UHGV virus genome: UHGV-0186015
Reading direction: 5' to 3' (one strand)
Source of the DNA: a virus
Length of the DNA stretch: 28,702 nucleotides
Shown: piece after piece, positions 7,974 through 19,672 of the stretch
Position numbering within the stretch: the first letter of the stretch is position 1
How the letters are laid out: every line of letters starts with the position of its first letter
Notes under the pieces: model-generated
Told to the model about the DNA's origin: nothing
The model's database searches: none
Seen by the model: the letters and a program-made list of their open reading frames with translations, nothing else
Made by a program: the position numbers and the translations under genes

Positions 7974-8296
7974 CGACGTTAACTCAATGCCAGCAGCAGG
8001 TGCTGGATATGCTGATTTCTTATCAGAAAGAACGTGGCTTCCCGCCAACCAATCAGGAGGTGGCAACCATGCTGGGATACCGTTCAGTGAATGCAGCGGT
8101 GGAGCATCTTCGCGCACTGGAGAAAAAAGGCGTCATCACGATAAAGCGTGGTGTGGCCCGGGGCATCACGCTTCATACCGCGGTGAAGGACGACGACAGC
8201 GAGGCGGCCGGGATTATCCGCGCACTGCTTGCTGGTGAGGAAAACGCCAGGCTGCGTGCAGCCCACTGGTTACATGAGAGGGGGCTGAAAGTATGA
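7970..8296 (+). CDS. LexA N-terminal DNA-binding-domain-only protein (no S24 peptidase domain)
   Basis: 108 aa; LTQCQQQVLDMLISYQKERGFPPTNQEVATMLGYRSVNAAVEHLRALEKKGVITI matches the LexA winged-helix N-terminal domain; ORF stops before any peptidase domain. Confidence 0.75.
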   Translation: MTTLTQCQQQVLDMLISYQKERGFPPTNQEVATMLGYRSVNAAVEHLRALEKKGVITIKRGVARGITLHTAVKDDDSEAAGIIRALLAGEENARLRAAHWLHERGLKV

Positions 8297-8682
8297 AGCT
8301 GATTCTGCCTTTTCCACCCAGCGTGAACACCTACTGGCGACACCCCAACAAAGGGGCATTTGCTGGTAAGAGCCTGATAAGTGCGGCGGGGCGAAAATTC
8401 CAGAGCGCGGCGTGCGCAGCAATAGTTGAGCAGTTACGTCGTCTGCCGAAACCAACGTCGGCACCTGCTTCAGTGGAGATTGTGTTGTTTCCTCCGGATA
8501 ACCGGATCCGCGATCTGGACAACTATAACAAGGCGCTGTTTGACGCCCTGACCCACGCGGGTGTGTGGGAAGACGACAGCCAGGTGAAAAGAATGTTGGT
8601 GGAGTGGGGACCGGTTATCCCGGAAGGGAAGGTCGAGATCACTATCAGTAAGTACGAGAAAACGGCGGGTGCAGCCGCCTGA
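8293..8682 (+). CDS. rusA: RusA-family Holliday junction resolvase
   Basis: 129 aa; LPFPPSVNTYWR ... DLDNYNKALFDAL ... VWEDDSQV motifs characteristic of RusA. Confidence 0.85.
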   Translation: MKLILPFPPSVNTYWRHPNKGAFAGKSLISAAGRKFQSAACAAIVEQLRRLPKPTSAPASVEIVLFPPDNRIRDLDNYNKALFDALTHAGVWEDDSQVKRMLVEWGPVIPEGKVEITISKYEKTAGAAA

Positions 8683-8701
8683 TCAAGAGGAGAAACGAAG
8701 T

Positions 8702-9511
8702 ATGAATAATCTGATGGTCATTGATGGTATTGAAGTTCGTCGTGATGCTTATGGGCGTTACAGCCTGAACGATCTGCATCGCGCAGCAGTAGCATCTGGT
8801 GCAAATGCCAGAACCAAGGAGCCAGGAAAGTTTCTTTCCAGCCAACAAACTGTTGAGCTTGTTCATGAATTGACCAACACCCAGAATTTGGGTGTTGACC
8901 CGGTGAGTGTGATTCATGGGGGAAATGAACGGGGAACGTATGTCTGCAAGGAACTGGTGTATGCCTATGCAATGTGGATCAGCCCGTCATTCCATCTGAA
9001 GGTGATCCGTACTTTCGATATGGTAACCAGCGCACCGGAAAAATTATCCGGACAAGCTGCTGACAAGATGCAGGCTGGCGTGATCCTGCTGGACTTTATG
9101 CGCCGGGAGTTAAACCTGTCTAACTCTTCAGTGCTTGGTGCCTGTCAGAAACTCCAGGAGGCTGTTGGCTTACCGAATCTGGCACCGCGCTATGCCATTG
9201 ATGCTCCTGCTGATGCACACGATGGCTCAAGTCGCCCGACACTGTCACTGAGTGCACTGCTGAAACAGTATGGTATACGCCTGACGGCTAATCAGGCATA
9301 TCACCAGATGGTGAAACTGGGGATCGTCGAGCAGCGCGAACGATACAGCCGTACCGCGATTAACAACATCAAAAAATTCTGGTCGCTGACAGCGAAAGGT
9401 TGCATGTTCGGCAAGAACATCACCAGTCCCGCAAATCCGCGCGAGACGCAGCCGCATTTCTTCGAATCCCGATTCCCTGAGCTGTTAAAGCTGCTCGATA
9501 CCGTTCATTGA
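8702..9511 (+). CDS. KilA-N domain protein
   Basis: ATG at 8702 with AGAGGAGA upstream; N-terminal MVIDGIEVRRDAYGRYSLNDLHRAA ... WISPSFHLKVI is a KilA-N fold signature. Confidence 0.75.
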   Translation: MNNLMVIDGIEVRRDAYGRYSLNDLHRAAVASGANARTKEPGKFLSSQQTVELVHELTNTQNLGVDPVSVIHGGNERGTYVCKELVYAYAMWISPSFHLKVIRTFDMVTSAPEKLSGQAADKMQAGVILLDFMRRELNLSNSSVLGACQKLQEAVGLPNLAPRYAIDAPADAHDGSSRPTLSLSALLKQYGIRLTANQAYHQMVKLGIVEQRERYSRTAINNIKKFWSLTAKGCMFGKNITSPANPRETQPHFFESRFPELLKLLDTVH

Positions 9512-9512
9512 G

Positions 9513-10508
9513 GTGAACGTGAGAGCACTACTGACCCCTGAAATTGCCCCGCGTATGGGGATCGTATTGTTCAGACCAGGTTCAGAGCTGATGCCCCTGT
9601 TTATGCAGGGGCGTGTCCTGCTGGAGCCTGAGCCGGAACGTTATTCATCTTTCGCCAGTGGTGCCGTTCCGGCGGCATCACAACCGCTGGCGGATGATCC
9701 TGCCGTTCGGGCCGTGTTCCGCAATGAGGCAGTGATCCGTCGTGCTGGTGGCGTGGAATGTCTTGAAAGCTGGTTACTTCGTGAAAAAGGCTGCCAGTGG
9801 CCTCATTCCGACTGGCACAGCGAGAACATGACCACAATGCGACACGCGCCGGGCGCAATCCGTCTGTGCTGGCACTGCGATAACCAGCTGCGCGATCAGT
9901 TCACGGAACGGCTGGAATCAATGGCAACGGATAACTGTGCCCGCTGGGTGTTGTCTGTTGTGCGTCGGGATCTCGGTTTTGATGACAGTCACGTTGTGAC
10001 AATGCCGGAACTGTGCTGGTGGCTGGTTCGTAATGATCTGGCGGATGCCTTACCGGAAAGCGCAGCCCGTAAGGCACTGAGATTACCGAAGCCTGTTGTG
10101 CCATCTGTCACCCGGGAAAGTGACCTTGTGCCTTCGGTTCCTGCCACCAGCATCATCCAGGATAAAGCGAAAAAGGTGCTGGCGCTGAAAGTGGATCCGG
10201 AGTCGCCGGAGTCTTTTATGTTACGCCCCAAACGTCGCCGCTGGGTTAACGAAAAGTACACGCGCTGGGTTAAGACACAGCCGTGTGCATGTTGTGGAAA
10301 GTCTGCTGATGATCCCCACCACCTGATAGGCCACGGTCAGGGGGGAATGGGTACAAAAGCGCATGACCTCTTTGTGTTGCCTTTGTGCAGAAAGCATCAC
10401 GACGAGCTGCATGCGGATACCGTGGCATTTGAAGAGAAGTATGGCTCCCAGTTGGAGCTGATATTTCGTTTTATCGATCGTGCGCTGGCAATAGGCGTAC
10501 TGGCGTAA
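9513..10508 (+). CDS. DUF968-family protein (YdfU-like) with C-terminal Cys/His HNH-like motif
   Basis: 331 aa; C-terminal PCACCGKSADDPHHLIGHGQGGMGTKAHDLFVLPLCRKHHDELH. Start uncertain: GTG at 9513, or GTG at 9519 with GAGG 6 nt upstream. Confidence 0.65.
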   Translation: MNVRALLTPEIAPRMGIVLFRPGSELMPLFMQGRVLLEPEPERYSSFASGAVPAASQPLADDPAVRAVFRNEAVIRRAGGVECLESWLLREKGCQWPHSDWHSENMTTMRHAPGAIRLCWHCDNQLRDQFTERLESMATDNCARWVLSVVRRDLGFDDSHVVTMPELCWWLVRNDLADALPESAARKALRLPKPVVPSVTRESDLVPSVPATSIIQDKAKKVLALKVDPESPESFMLRPKRRRWVNEKYTRWVKTQPCACCGKSADDPHHLIGHGQGGMGTKAHDLFVLPLCRKHHDELHADTVAFEEKYGSQLELIFRFIDRALAIGVLA

Positions 10509-10521
10509 GTGGAGAACGAGC

Positions 10522-11274
10522 ATGAACCTTGAAGCCTTACCAAAATATTACTCCCCAAAATCTCCCAAATTGAGCGATGAGGCACCGGCGACAGGCTCGG
10601 GTGGTTTAACGATTACGGATGTGATGGCTGCGCAGGGGATGGTGCAGTCGAAAGCACCGCTTGGGTTTGCCTTATTCCTGGCAAAAGTTGGTGTTCAGGA
10701 TCCTCAGTTTGCGATTGAAGGTCTGCTCAATTACGCGATGGCACTGGATAACCCGACATTGAACAAATTGAGTGAAGAAACCCGGTTACAGATCATCCCT
10801 TACCTTGTGAATTTTGCCTTTGCTGATTATTCCAGGTCTGCGGCAAGTAAGGCTCGCTGTGAGCATTGTGCTGGTACTGGATTTCATAATGTATTGCGCG
10901 AAGTGGTGAAACACTCCAGAAGCGGGGAGTCTGTTATCAAGGAAGAGTGGGTGAAGGAATTATGTCAGCATTGCCATGGTAAGGGAGAAGTCAGCACGGC
11001 TTGCAGAGGGTGTAAGGGTAAAGGCATTGTCCTGGATGAAAAAAGAACCCGGCTTCATGGCGCGCCTGTTTATAAGATTTGTGGGCGTTGCAATGGAAAT
11101 CGGTTTAGTCGTTTACCGACCACACTGGCACGACGTCATGTCCAGAAGCTGTTACCAGACCTGACTGATTATCAGTGGTACAAAGGATATGCAGACGTCA
11201 TTGATAAACTGGTAACAAAGTGCTGGCAGGAAGAAGCATTCGCAGAGTTACAGTTGCAAAAAGTGACACGATAG
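10522..11274 (+). CDS. Q: Late-gene antiterminator Q (zinc-finger Q family)
   Basis: 250 aa with CxxC ... CxxC ... CxxC zinc-ribbon motifs; sits immediately upstream of the late promoter/terminator and lysis cassette. Confidence 0.8.
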   Translation: MNLEALPKYYSPKSPKLSDEAPATGSGGLTITDVMAAQGMVQSKAPLGFALFLAKVGVQDPQFAIEGLLNYAMALDNPTLNKLSEETRLQIIPYLVNFAFADYSRSAASKARCEHCAGTGFHNVLREVVKHSRSGESVIKEEWVKELCQHCHGKGEVSTACRGCKGKGIVLDEKRTRLHGAPVYKICGRCNGNRFSRLPTTLARRHVQKLLPDLTDYQWYKGYADVIDKLVTKCWQEEAFAELQLQKVTR

Positions 11275-11371
11275 CTACATTTTTAATGATTTTCTCCGCA
11301 CAATGCTTGCAATTTTCAAAAAATATGGTTAGCCTTAACATAAAGATGGGCATTGAATGTCTAACTTTTAT
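11275..11371 (+). promoter_or_regulatory. Probable late promoter pR' / qut region (assigned by position)
   Basis: Intergenic between Q and the first downstream terminator; candidate TTGCAA (11306-11311) with a weak -10 (TAGCCT) 17 nt downstream. Exact elements not resolved. Confidence 0.3.
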
Positions 11372-11396
11372 AAACCCGCTCAGGCGGGTTTTATGT
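11372..11396 (+). terminator. Rho-independent terminator (tR'-like)
   Basis: AAACCCGC-TCAG-GCGGGTTT stem followed by a T-rich tract. Confidence 0.6.
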
Positions 11397-11421
11397 TGCA
11401 TGTTTTTTGAACAGCTGATAT

Positions 11422-11437
11422 TGTGATCTTCATCACA
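11422..11437. promoter_or_regulatory. Perfect CRP-consensus palindrome TGTGA-N6-TCACA upstream of the cargo ORF
   Basis: TGTGA (11422-11426), 6-nt spacer, TCACA (11433-11437); candidate extended -10 TGtGATACT at 11440-11448 just downstream. Confidence 0.5.
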
Positions 11438-11466
11438 TTTGTGATACTGGTTGAAAGGAGATCACC

Positions 11467-11670
11467 ATGCAAAATAGTAAACACACGACCAAGAAGGTCG
11501 TGGCAATTGCAAATAATATTGAGATTGGCTCAGTATTAGTGTCTGCTACTCAGAAAAGTATTCTGCTGAATACTGGTTGGGAATTACCAATTAGAGAAGT
11601 AGACAAGCTGTCTCATTCCTATGAGGTTTACATTAAACCTCGTCATAAAACCCTCCATCCTTCGCGATGA
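11467..11670 (+). CDS. Small cargo (moron) protein of unknown function, 67 aa
   Basis: AAAGGAG 6 nt before the ATG; insulated by intrinsic terminators on both sides; at the Q-holin junction, the slot that holds stx in Stx phages. No family recognised. Confidence 0.6.
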   Translation: MQNSKHTTKKVVAIANNIEIGSVLVSATQKSILLNTGWELPIREVDKLSHSYEVYIKPRHKTLHPSR

Positions 11671-11687
11671 TGAAAATAAGATTTTTG

Positions 11688-11713
11688 AGGCCGCCTACGG
11701 GCGGCCTTTTTTA
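11688..11713 (+). terminator. Strong Rho-independent terminator
   Basis: AGGCCGCC-TACG-GGCGGCCT stem followed by TTTTTT. Confidence 0.7.
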
Positions 11714-11799
11714 TGCGCACTTCTGCAAATCAGCGTTATAACCAGCTTCTTTCCCTTTTACTTGTGGCACTTCCGGTAATCGGAGGTGGGAATTATGAA

Positions 11800-12135
11800 A
11801 TGCACAACGATCCTCATTCCTGGCCTGATTTACTTGAACTGTTACAGAGCTGGTGGCGTGGAGACACACCGCTGGGCGCAGTGATTATGTCGATCGTTAT
11901 GGCTGGCTTGCGCATTGCCTATTTTGGCGGTGGTGGTGGCTGGAAGCGAAAAACGCTCGAGATTTTGCTCTGTGGTGCTCTGACGCTGACTTTTGCATCC
12001 GCTCTTGAGTATGTCGGATGGCCCAAATCGCTTTCTGTTGCCATTGGTGGCGGCGTTGGGCTGATCGGTGTCGATGCTATTCGTGGGGCTGCAATGCGAG
12101 TAATCGGTAACAAATTTGGTAGCTCGAAGGAGTAA
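11800..12135 (+). CDS. S: Class I holin (lambda S-like)
   Basis: 111 aa from the ATG at 11800 (GGAGG upstream); three predicted TM segments and a charged C-terminus alignable to lambda S. The upstream in-frame ATG at 11713 has no SD and sits in the terminator T-run. Confidence 0.75.
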   Translation: MHNDPHSWPDLLELLQSWWRGDTPLGAVIMSIVMAGLRIAYFGGGGGWKRKTLEILLCGALTLTFASALEYVGWPKSLSVAIGGGVGLIGVDAIRGAAMRVIGNKFGSSKE

Positions 12136-12138
12136 TTT

Positions 12139-12615
12139 ATGCAGGTACTAAATCCCCAGCGTAAAGCTTTCCTTGATATGGTGGCCTGGTCAGAAGGAAC
12201 GGATAACGGGCGACAACCGACACGTAACCACGGTTATGACGTTATTGTCGGTGGCGAACTCTTCACTGATTACTCCGATCACCCTCGAAAACTTGTCACG
12301 CTAAACCCGAAACTCAAATCAACAGCCGCAGGCCGTTATCAACTTCTTTCACGCTGGTGGGATGCTTACCGCAAGCAGTTAGGGCTGACAGACTTCTCTC
12401 CTAAAAGCCAGGATGCTGTTGCATTGCAGCAGATTAAGGAGCGTGGCGCTTTACTAATGATTGATCGCGGTGACATCCGTCAGGCAATCGACCGTTGCAG
12501 CAATATCTGGGCCTCATTGCCTGGCGCTGGTTATGGTCAGTTCGAGCATAAGGTTGACAGCCTGATTGCAAAATTCAAAGAAGCGGGCGGAACGGTCAGA
12601 GAGAGTGAGGTATGA
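12139..12615 (+). CDS. R: Endolysin, lambda R-type lytic transglycosylase
   Basis: 158 aa; QRKAFLDMVAWSEGTDNGRQPTRNHGYDVIVGGELFTDYSDHPRK ... corresponds closely to lambda gpR at the same length. Confidence 0.95.
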   Translation: MQVLNPQRKAFLDMVAWSEGTDNGRQPTRNHGYDVIVGGELFTDYSDHPRKLVTLNPKLKSTAAGRYQLLSRWWDAYRKQLGLTDFSPKSQDAVALQQIKERGALLMIDRGDIRQAIDRCSNIWASLPGAGYGQFEHKVDSLIAKFKEAGGTVRESEV

Positions 12616-13050
12616 GCAGAATAACCGCGATTATCTCCGCTCTGGTTATCTGCATCATCGTCTGCCTGTCATGGGCTGTTTAATCATTACCGTGATAACG
12701 CCATCGCCTACAAAGACCAGCGCGATAAAGCCACATCCATCATCGCTGATATGCAGAAGCGTCAACGTGATGTAGCAGAACTCGATGCCAGATATACAAA
12801 GGAGCTTGCTGATGCTAACGCGACTATCAAAAGTCTCCGTGCTGATGTTTCTGCTGGGCGTAAGCGCCTGCAAGTCGCCGCCACCTGTGCAAAGTCAACG
12901 ACCGGAGCCAGCGGCATGGGCGATGGAGAAAGCCCAAGACTTACAGCAGATGCTGAACTCAATTATTACCGTCTCCGAAGTGGAATCGACAAGATAACCG
13001 CGCAGGTTAACTACCTGCAGGAGTACATCAGGACGCAATGCCTGAAATAA
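12612..13050 (+). pseudogene. Rz: Rz i-spanin interrupted by a +1 frameshift
   Basis: Frame from ATG 12612 encodes [23 protein letters not shown] then TAA at 12681-12683; the remainder ([15 protein letters not shown] ... YIRTQCLK) continues in the +1 frame to 13050. The shift lies in the T-run GTTTAA. Confidence 0.7.
12812..12997 (+). CDS. Rz1: Rz1 o-spanin lipoprotein, embedded in the +1 frame of Rz
   Basis: AAAGGAG 7 nt before the ATG at 12812; signal peptide with lipobox-like VSAC, Pro-rich mature region, 61 aa. Confidence 0.7.
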   Translation: MLTRLSKVSVLMFLLGVSACKSPPPVQSQRPEPAAWAMEKAQDLQQMLNSIITVSEVESTR

Positions 13051-13081
13051 TTTTTTTGCAAATCACAAAGTCAATTTAATG

Positions 13082-13106
13082 AGCCTCGCGATGCGGGGCT
13101 TTTTTA
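13082..13106 (+). terminator. Rho-independent terminator after the lysis cassette
   Basis: AGCCTCGC-GAT-GCGGGGCT stem (one G-U pair) followed by TTTTTT. Confidence 0.6.
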
Positions 13107-13252
13107 TGTCCGCATTAAACGCGCTTCACACGCGCGACTTATGAACACAGAACCTTTCAGGATGACCCTTGAGGATGCCGGTTTGGTGATCGGTGCCTTT
13201 CTGTGGGCCGGAATCCTGTGTGACAAGGTTCATCACTAAAAGGTGAACACTG

Positions 13253-13795
13253 ATGAATTATCCAACTATCGTTAACGGCATCGATTTCCGAGATCTGATT
13301 TTTGTGGCAAACAACGATCCGGTTACAGATTCTTTTATGGTGGCAAAAGCATTTGGAAAGCTGCCGAAGAACGTAGTTCGTGACATTGAACGAACCATAG
13401 AAGCTTGCCCTCCTGAGTTTGATACAAAGCTCAACTTTGAGCTTTGCTATAAAAACAATGAGTTACAGAATGGTAAACCGCAAAAATTCTACCGTCTCCG
13501 CAAGGATGGGTTGATGCTTTTGGTTATGTCCTACACCAAAAAAGAAGCAATGCGTATCAAAATTGCTTACATCAACGCATTCAACTGGATGTACGCCATG
13601 CTTCAGGTTGGTCATCGTCAATTTGAAGAAGAGCGAAACGCCGTAATGCTGGAGTACATGAAAGAAAAGGATGTCGCCAGCATGTCTGGCCGTCTGCTCA
13701 ATCGCTGGGGAAAAATTAAGAAGCCTCAGCTAATGGCGAGAATTGAACGCCTTGAACAGCACGGGCAAACCGTAATCCCCGGACTCACTAATTAA
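13253..13795 (+). CDS. Rha-family phage regulatory protein
   Basis: 180 aa; N-terminal FVANNDPVTDSFMVAKAFGKLPKNVVRDIERTIE matches the Rha N-terminal domain. Confidence 0.7.
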   Translation: MNYPTIVNGIDFRDLIFVANNDPVTDSFMVAKAFGKLPKNVVRDIERTIEACPPEFDTKLNFELCYKNNELQNGKPQKFYRLRKDGLMLLVMSYTKKEAMRIKIAYINAFNWMYAMLQVGHRQFEEERNAVMLEYMKEKDVASMSGRLLNRWGKIKKPQLMARIERLEQHGQTVIPGLTN

Positions 13796-14274
13796 CGGCA
13801 GTACCGCGAAACAACCCAAGCCAGAAAGTGGGGAAATAACACTGGCAGCCACTGAAAGATGAACCTCCAGCCTTATGGCAAAAAAGATTCTTTGTGGTGG
13901 CGGACTGATGGAAAGACATCGGTTATTGCAGAGACCATTCAATGAGTGGTCTCGACAATGGCTTATACCCTACACGGGATAACTTAACTGATATCCCTTT
14001 TAACGGATAAACGGAGCCAACAATTGCAGAGAATGTCGGCATTATGGCAGTACAATTTGGATAAAGCGGGGATTAGAAAGATAGAGGCGAGCCGGTCAGA
14101 TAAAAATGAATCAGGCTCAAAGTGAAGCGGAAAAGGTCTGTGGCACAAACTGATGCTGCCATAATTACAGCCTGATGACTTGTGGAATGAAACATGTTGA
14201 ACCTCCTTAATTGATGTGATTCGAGTGAGGAAGGCATTCTGTCCTTCTATAGTGTCCAGTAAATCAAACAGGAA

Positions 14275-14298
14275 GCTTGTCTCACGTGTGAGACAAGC
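14275..14298. repeat. 24-bp perfect palindrome GCTTGTCTCAC-GT-GTGAGACAAGC, followed by two overlapping shorter palindromes
   Basis: Read directly; adjacent GAGTTGTA-N5-TACAACTC (14311-14331) and AACTCTT-CA-AAGAGTT (14327-14342). Confidence 0.7.
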
Positions 14299-14318
14299 CT
14301 CTCCATTAGCGAGTTGTA

Positions 14319-14783
14319 TTGATTACAACTCTTCAAAGAGTTCATTACTGGGTAGATGAAAATAGTTTCACGATGAATGGAGGAGGCTATGTTGGTGGCT
14401 TCTTCATTGGAGTACATATGCCCCCACGAACCCCAAAAACCTGCCGTGTTCGCGGCTGCCGCAATACCACCACAGATCCGTCAGGATATTGCAAAAGCCA
14501 CATAAGCGAAGGCTGGAAGCAATACAAGCCGGGCCAGTCCTGTCATCAGCGCGTTTATGATTCGCGGGTTTGTCCCTCATGCTCGCCAGCCCTGTGCGAG
14601 GGTGGAAGAAACAGGGCATGTATTCAGGAGCGTGCGACCGTGGTCGCACGGTATCTTTGTCAGGAGGTTTTGATGAAAGAGTCGCATAAATTTAATTCAA
14701 TAATGGAACGATTCAGTGCTCCTGAGCGAGAGGCTTACAACATGCATTCATTGAGTGCCTGTTGTAATATCGCCAAATATTAA
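14319..14783 (+). CDS. Cys-rich hypothetical ORF (possible zinc-binding protein or spurious)
   Basis: 154-aa ORF with ~13 Cys, rare Arg codons, and an internal 9-bp palindrome at 14631-14650; coding status doubtful. Confidence 0.25.
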   Translation: MITTLQRVHYWVDENSFTMNGGGYVGGFFIGVHMPPRTPKTCRVRGCRNTTTDPSGYCKSHISEGWKQYKPGQSCHQRVYDSRVCPSCSPALCEGGRNRACIQERATVVARYLCQEVLMKESHKFNSIMERFSAPEREAYNMHSLSACCNIAKY

Positions 14784-14915
14784 TCAGGTGCGCGAGATGT
14801 CGGCTAATACTGACCCTGACGAAATGTGGCGCTGCTTTAATCTGAAAGATGGTGCAGACGACCTGTAGTTCGCATCCATTCCTGATTACCCTATTCAAGT
14901 TGATGAGACAGAAAC

Positions 14916-15161
14916 ATGACAGCAGCTAAAGAGCAGATTGAATATGAGCTAAATGAATTCTTCGCGTCCGCCCTTGGTGATGTGTTTAAAAGTTGCCGAC
15001 TGGCTGAAAGCGTATCGGATTACCAGATCTCTACTGTTAGTTTTCCAACGGAAAAAAACGCCTGGCTGGAGCTAGGTGAATTACCCGTGATTATCGAGTT
15101 GTCTAACGGACGTCGCTTTGAGATTAGTGCGTCTGAATGGTTGCAAATCACACCGCTTTAA
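14916..15161 (+). CDS. Hypothetical small acidic protein immediately upstream of cos
   Basis: 81 aa with protein-like composition; weak RBS; no family recognised. Confidence 0.4.
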   Translation: MTAAKEQIEYELNEFFASALGDVFKSCRLAESVSDYQISTVSFPTEKNAWLELGELPVIIELSNGRRFEISASEWLQITPL

Positions 15162-15189
15162 ATTAAGCCCGCAGTCCACCTTGGCTACT

Positions 15190-15425
15190 GACATTCGCTA
15201 GTAGCTGGGTCCTTTCCAGCGATCCGGCAGGCTACGGGGCGGAAGGCGCGCGGGTTTTCGCTATTTATGAAAATTTTCCGGTTTAAGGCGTTTCCGTTCT
15301 TCTTCGCCGTAACTTAATGTTTTTATTTAAAACACCCCCTGAAAAGAAAGGAAACGACAGGTGCTGAAAACGGGCTTTTTGGCCTCTGTCGTTTCCTTTC
15401 TCTGTTTTTGTCCGTGGAATGAACA
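15190..15425 (+). other. cos: cos site (cosQ-cosN-cosB) of a lambda-like packaging system
   Basis: From ~15250 onward (CGCGGGTTTTCGCTATTTATGAAAATTTTCCGGTTTAAGGCG...) the sequence follows the phage lambda left end up to the nu1 start; upstream GGGTCCTTTCC...ACG resembles the lambda right end. Candidate 12-nt cohesive end at 15236-15247. Confidence 0.8.
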
Positions 15426-15945
15426 ATGGAAGTCAACAAAAAGCAGCTGGCTGACATTTTCGGTGCGAGTATCCGTACCATTCAGAACTGGCAGGAGCAG
15501 GGAATGCCCGTTCTGCGAGGCGGTGGGAAGGGTAATGAGGTGCTTTATGACTCTGCCACCGTCATAAAATGGTATGCCGAAAGGGATGCTGAAATTGAGA
15601 ACGAAAAGCTGCGCCGGGAGGTTGAAGAACTGCGGCAGGCCAGCGAGACAGATCTGCAGCCAGGGACTATTGAGTACGAACGCCATCGACTTACGCGTGC
15701 GCAGGCCGACGCACAGGAGCTGAAGAATGCCAGAGACTCCGCTGAAGTGGTGGAAACCGCATTCTGTACTTTCGTGCTGTCGCGGATCGCAGGTGAAATT
15801 GCCAGTATTCTCGACGGGATCCCCCTGTCGGTGCAGCGGCGTTTTCCGGAACTGGAAAACCGACATGTTGATTTCCTGAAACGGGATATCATCAAAGCCA
15901 TGAACAAAGCAGCCGCGCTGGATGAACTGATACCGGGGTTGCTGA

Positions 15946-15971
<26 letters not shown>
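15426..15971 (+). CDS. nu1: Terminase small subunit Nu1
   Basis: 181 aa, MEVNKKQLADIFGASIRTIQNWQEQGMPVLRGGGKG..., recognisably lambda gpNu1 at the same length. Confidence 0.97.

Positions 15972-19652
<3,681 letters not shown>

Positions 19653-19672
<20 letters not shown>

Noticed and set aside
7611-8117. 168-aa minus-strand ORF spanning the Dam and LexA-like genes
   Set aside because: Antisense to two translationally coupled genes with clear domain signatures; composition typical of GC-rich shadow frames.
11713-11799. Upstream ATG at 11713 as the holin start (140-aa product)
   Set aside because: The ATG sits in the terminator T-run with no SD; the ATG at 11800 has GGAGG upstream and gives a lambda S-sized product. 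Retained only as a possible antiholin-type alternative start.
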